A program made the translations under genes and the position numbers. The notes beneath the pieces are model-generated. The model did not search any database and was not told where the DNA came from. It worked only from the letters and a program-made list of their open reading frames with translations. From positions 238,082,001-238,146,000 of the forward strand of contig NC_086097.1 of the NCBI RefSeq assembly GCF_963921235.1: a stretch of DNA of 64,000 bases, in the 5' to 3' direction. Shown here piece after piece: positions 62,351-64,000 of the stretch. How positions within the stretch are numbered: the first letter of the stretch is position 1; every line of letters begins with the position of its first letter. Source of the DNA: Mobula hypostoma. Lineage: Eukaryota.

Positions 62351-62965
62351 GAAACAAAGACAAAATAAGTTCAGAGAAAAACAATTACCACCACTACTCC
62401 TGCAACGTGCAAAAAAAAACCAAATCGCTAAAATGGCAAAAAAAAAGAGCGAAAAAACACATTATAAAACCCCAAATCACAAGTCATTGAAACAACCCAG
62501 GCATTTTCAGTTCAGCTCAATCCAGTGCAATGTTGTTTGTTAACTTCAGGCTGCAAAGCCAGTCTGTCCCATTCAAAAATTGCGCAAATAGCAACAAAAT
62601 AGGAGTAACCAGAAACCAGAAACGCATGATAACATAAACTATAGAGTCCAATACACAAACCACATTGATTAAACCATGCCCAAGACCTAGGATTCCAGCT
62701 CCATCCTCTGGCAGCATCAAGGGAGGGGTGGAAGGAGAGGGAGTGGAAGGCGAGGGAGTGGGAGAGGGAGAGAGAGAGTGGGAGAGGGAGAGAGAGAGTC
62801 GGAGAGACCATTTGAATGTTGGGACTTCCTTGTAGCAGCAGCGAGTGAGAACGAGAGCGTGACTGGTCACCCACAGGTAGACAGTGATAAATACCCACTT
62901 GGCTTTCACTCTTGTCCTCAATCTTTCTCAAGGCTTTAATCAGCGAGATCAGTGAAAAATGGAGC

Positions 62966-64000
62966 CATAGAGTCATATAGAGAAGTACAGCACAGAAACA
63001 GGCCATTCAGCCCATTTAGTCCATGCCAAAACCATTTAAACTGCCTACTCCCATTGACATGCAGTGGGACCATAGTCCTCCATACCCCTACTACCCATGT
63101 ACCTATCCAAACTTCTCTCAAATGATGAAATCAAGCTCGCATGCACTACATGCGCTGGCAGATCATTCCACACTCTCACAACCCTCTGGTTGCAGGTTTC
63201 CCCAAATATTCCCTTTAAAAATCTCACATTTTGCCCTTAACCTGCTTACATTTACCCTATCAATACCCTTCATAATTTTGTATACCTCGATCAAATCTTC
63301 TCTCAATCTTCTACGTTCTAAAGAATACAGTCCTAACCTACTCAATATTTCCTTATAACTCAGGTCCTCCAGACCCAGCAATAACCTTGTAAATTTTTTT
63401 TGCACTCTTTCAGACTTCTTGCATCTTTCCTGTAGGTAGGTGACCAGAACTGCACATAATACTCCAAATTAAGCCTCACCAACGTCTTATGCAATTCAAC
63501 ATAACATCTGATTTATTAAGGCCAGTGTGCCAAAAGCTTTCTTTATGACCCTATCTATCTGTGCCACCACTTTCAGCAAAATATGTACCTGTATTCCCAG
63601 ATTCCTCTCCCACACTCCTCAATCCTGTATTGTTCACTGTGTAAGACCTACCCTGGTTGTTCCAACCAAAGTGCAAAACCTTGCACCTGTTTGCATTAAA
63701 TTCCATCTGCCATTTCTCAGCACATTTTTCCTGCTGATGCAGATCCCACTAAAAGCCACGATAGCATTCCTCACTGTCTACTACACTTCATTCTTGGTGT
63801 CATCTGCAAATTTGCTGATCCAATTAACCACATTGTCATCCAGATCCTTGATAATGGATAACAAGCAACAAAGACCCAGCACAGATCCCTGTGGTACATC
63901 ACTAGTCACAGGCCTCCAGTCAGTGAGGAAACCATCTACTACCACTCTCCGTCTTCTCCCACAAAGCCAACGTCTAATCCAATTTACTTTCTCACCCTGA
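62966..64000 (-). mobile_element. CR1 LINE 3' part, runs off window end
   Basis: Minus strand SDVPQGSVLG, KFADDT, KWQMEFN, KFTRLL.GL, LYSLERRRLR.DLIEVYKI. Confidence 0.9.

Noticed and set aside
62720..62800. Purine-rich (GA/GGA) tract
   Set aside because: Low-complexity segment inside a non-autonomous repeat.

Overview
Eukaryotic, repeat-dominated DNA with no recognisable host protein-coding gene, rRNA, tRNA gene or CRISPR array. The repeat mix (CR1 LINEs with short tandem tails, Rex1/Babar-type LINEs, Penelope-like elements, V-SINE/HE1-like and Deu-domain SINEs, RTE fragments, Tc1-type MITEs, solo LTRs) suggests a cartilaginous fish, possibly a ray (inference from recalled consensus sequences, no search run). 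The only long ORFs are retrotransposon ORF2s; the longest is an open endonuclease plus reverse transcriptase frame (39890-42889, minus) of a 5'-truncated CR1. Most notable observations: (1) a UUUAAAC -1 frameshift heptamer in the 16-nt ORF1/ORF2 overlap of that CR1; (2) an intact minimal hammerhead ribozyme motif in a Penelope-type terminal repeat (48496-48533) plus several decayed copies; (3) three copies of a composite element capped at both ends by tiny Tc1-type MITEs; (4) a repeat-free 63-nt hairpin; (5) a cluster of candidate micro-exons or AG|GT splice sites near 2-3 kb. None is proven novel. Boundaries of old repeats are approximate; those given with TSDs were read base by base.
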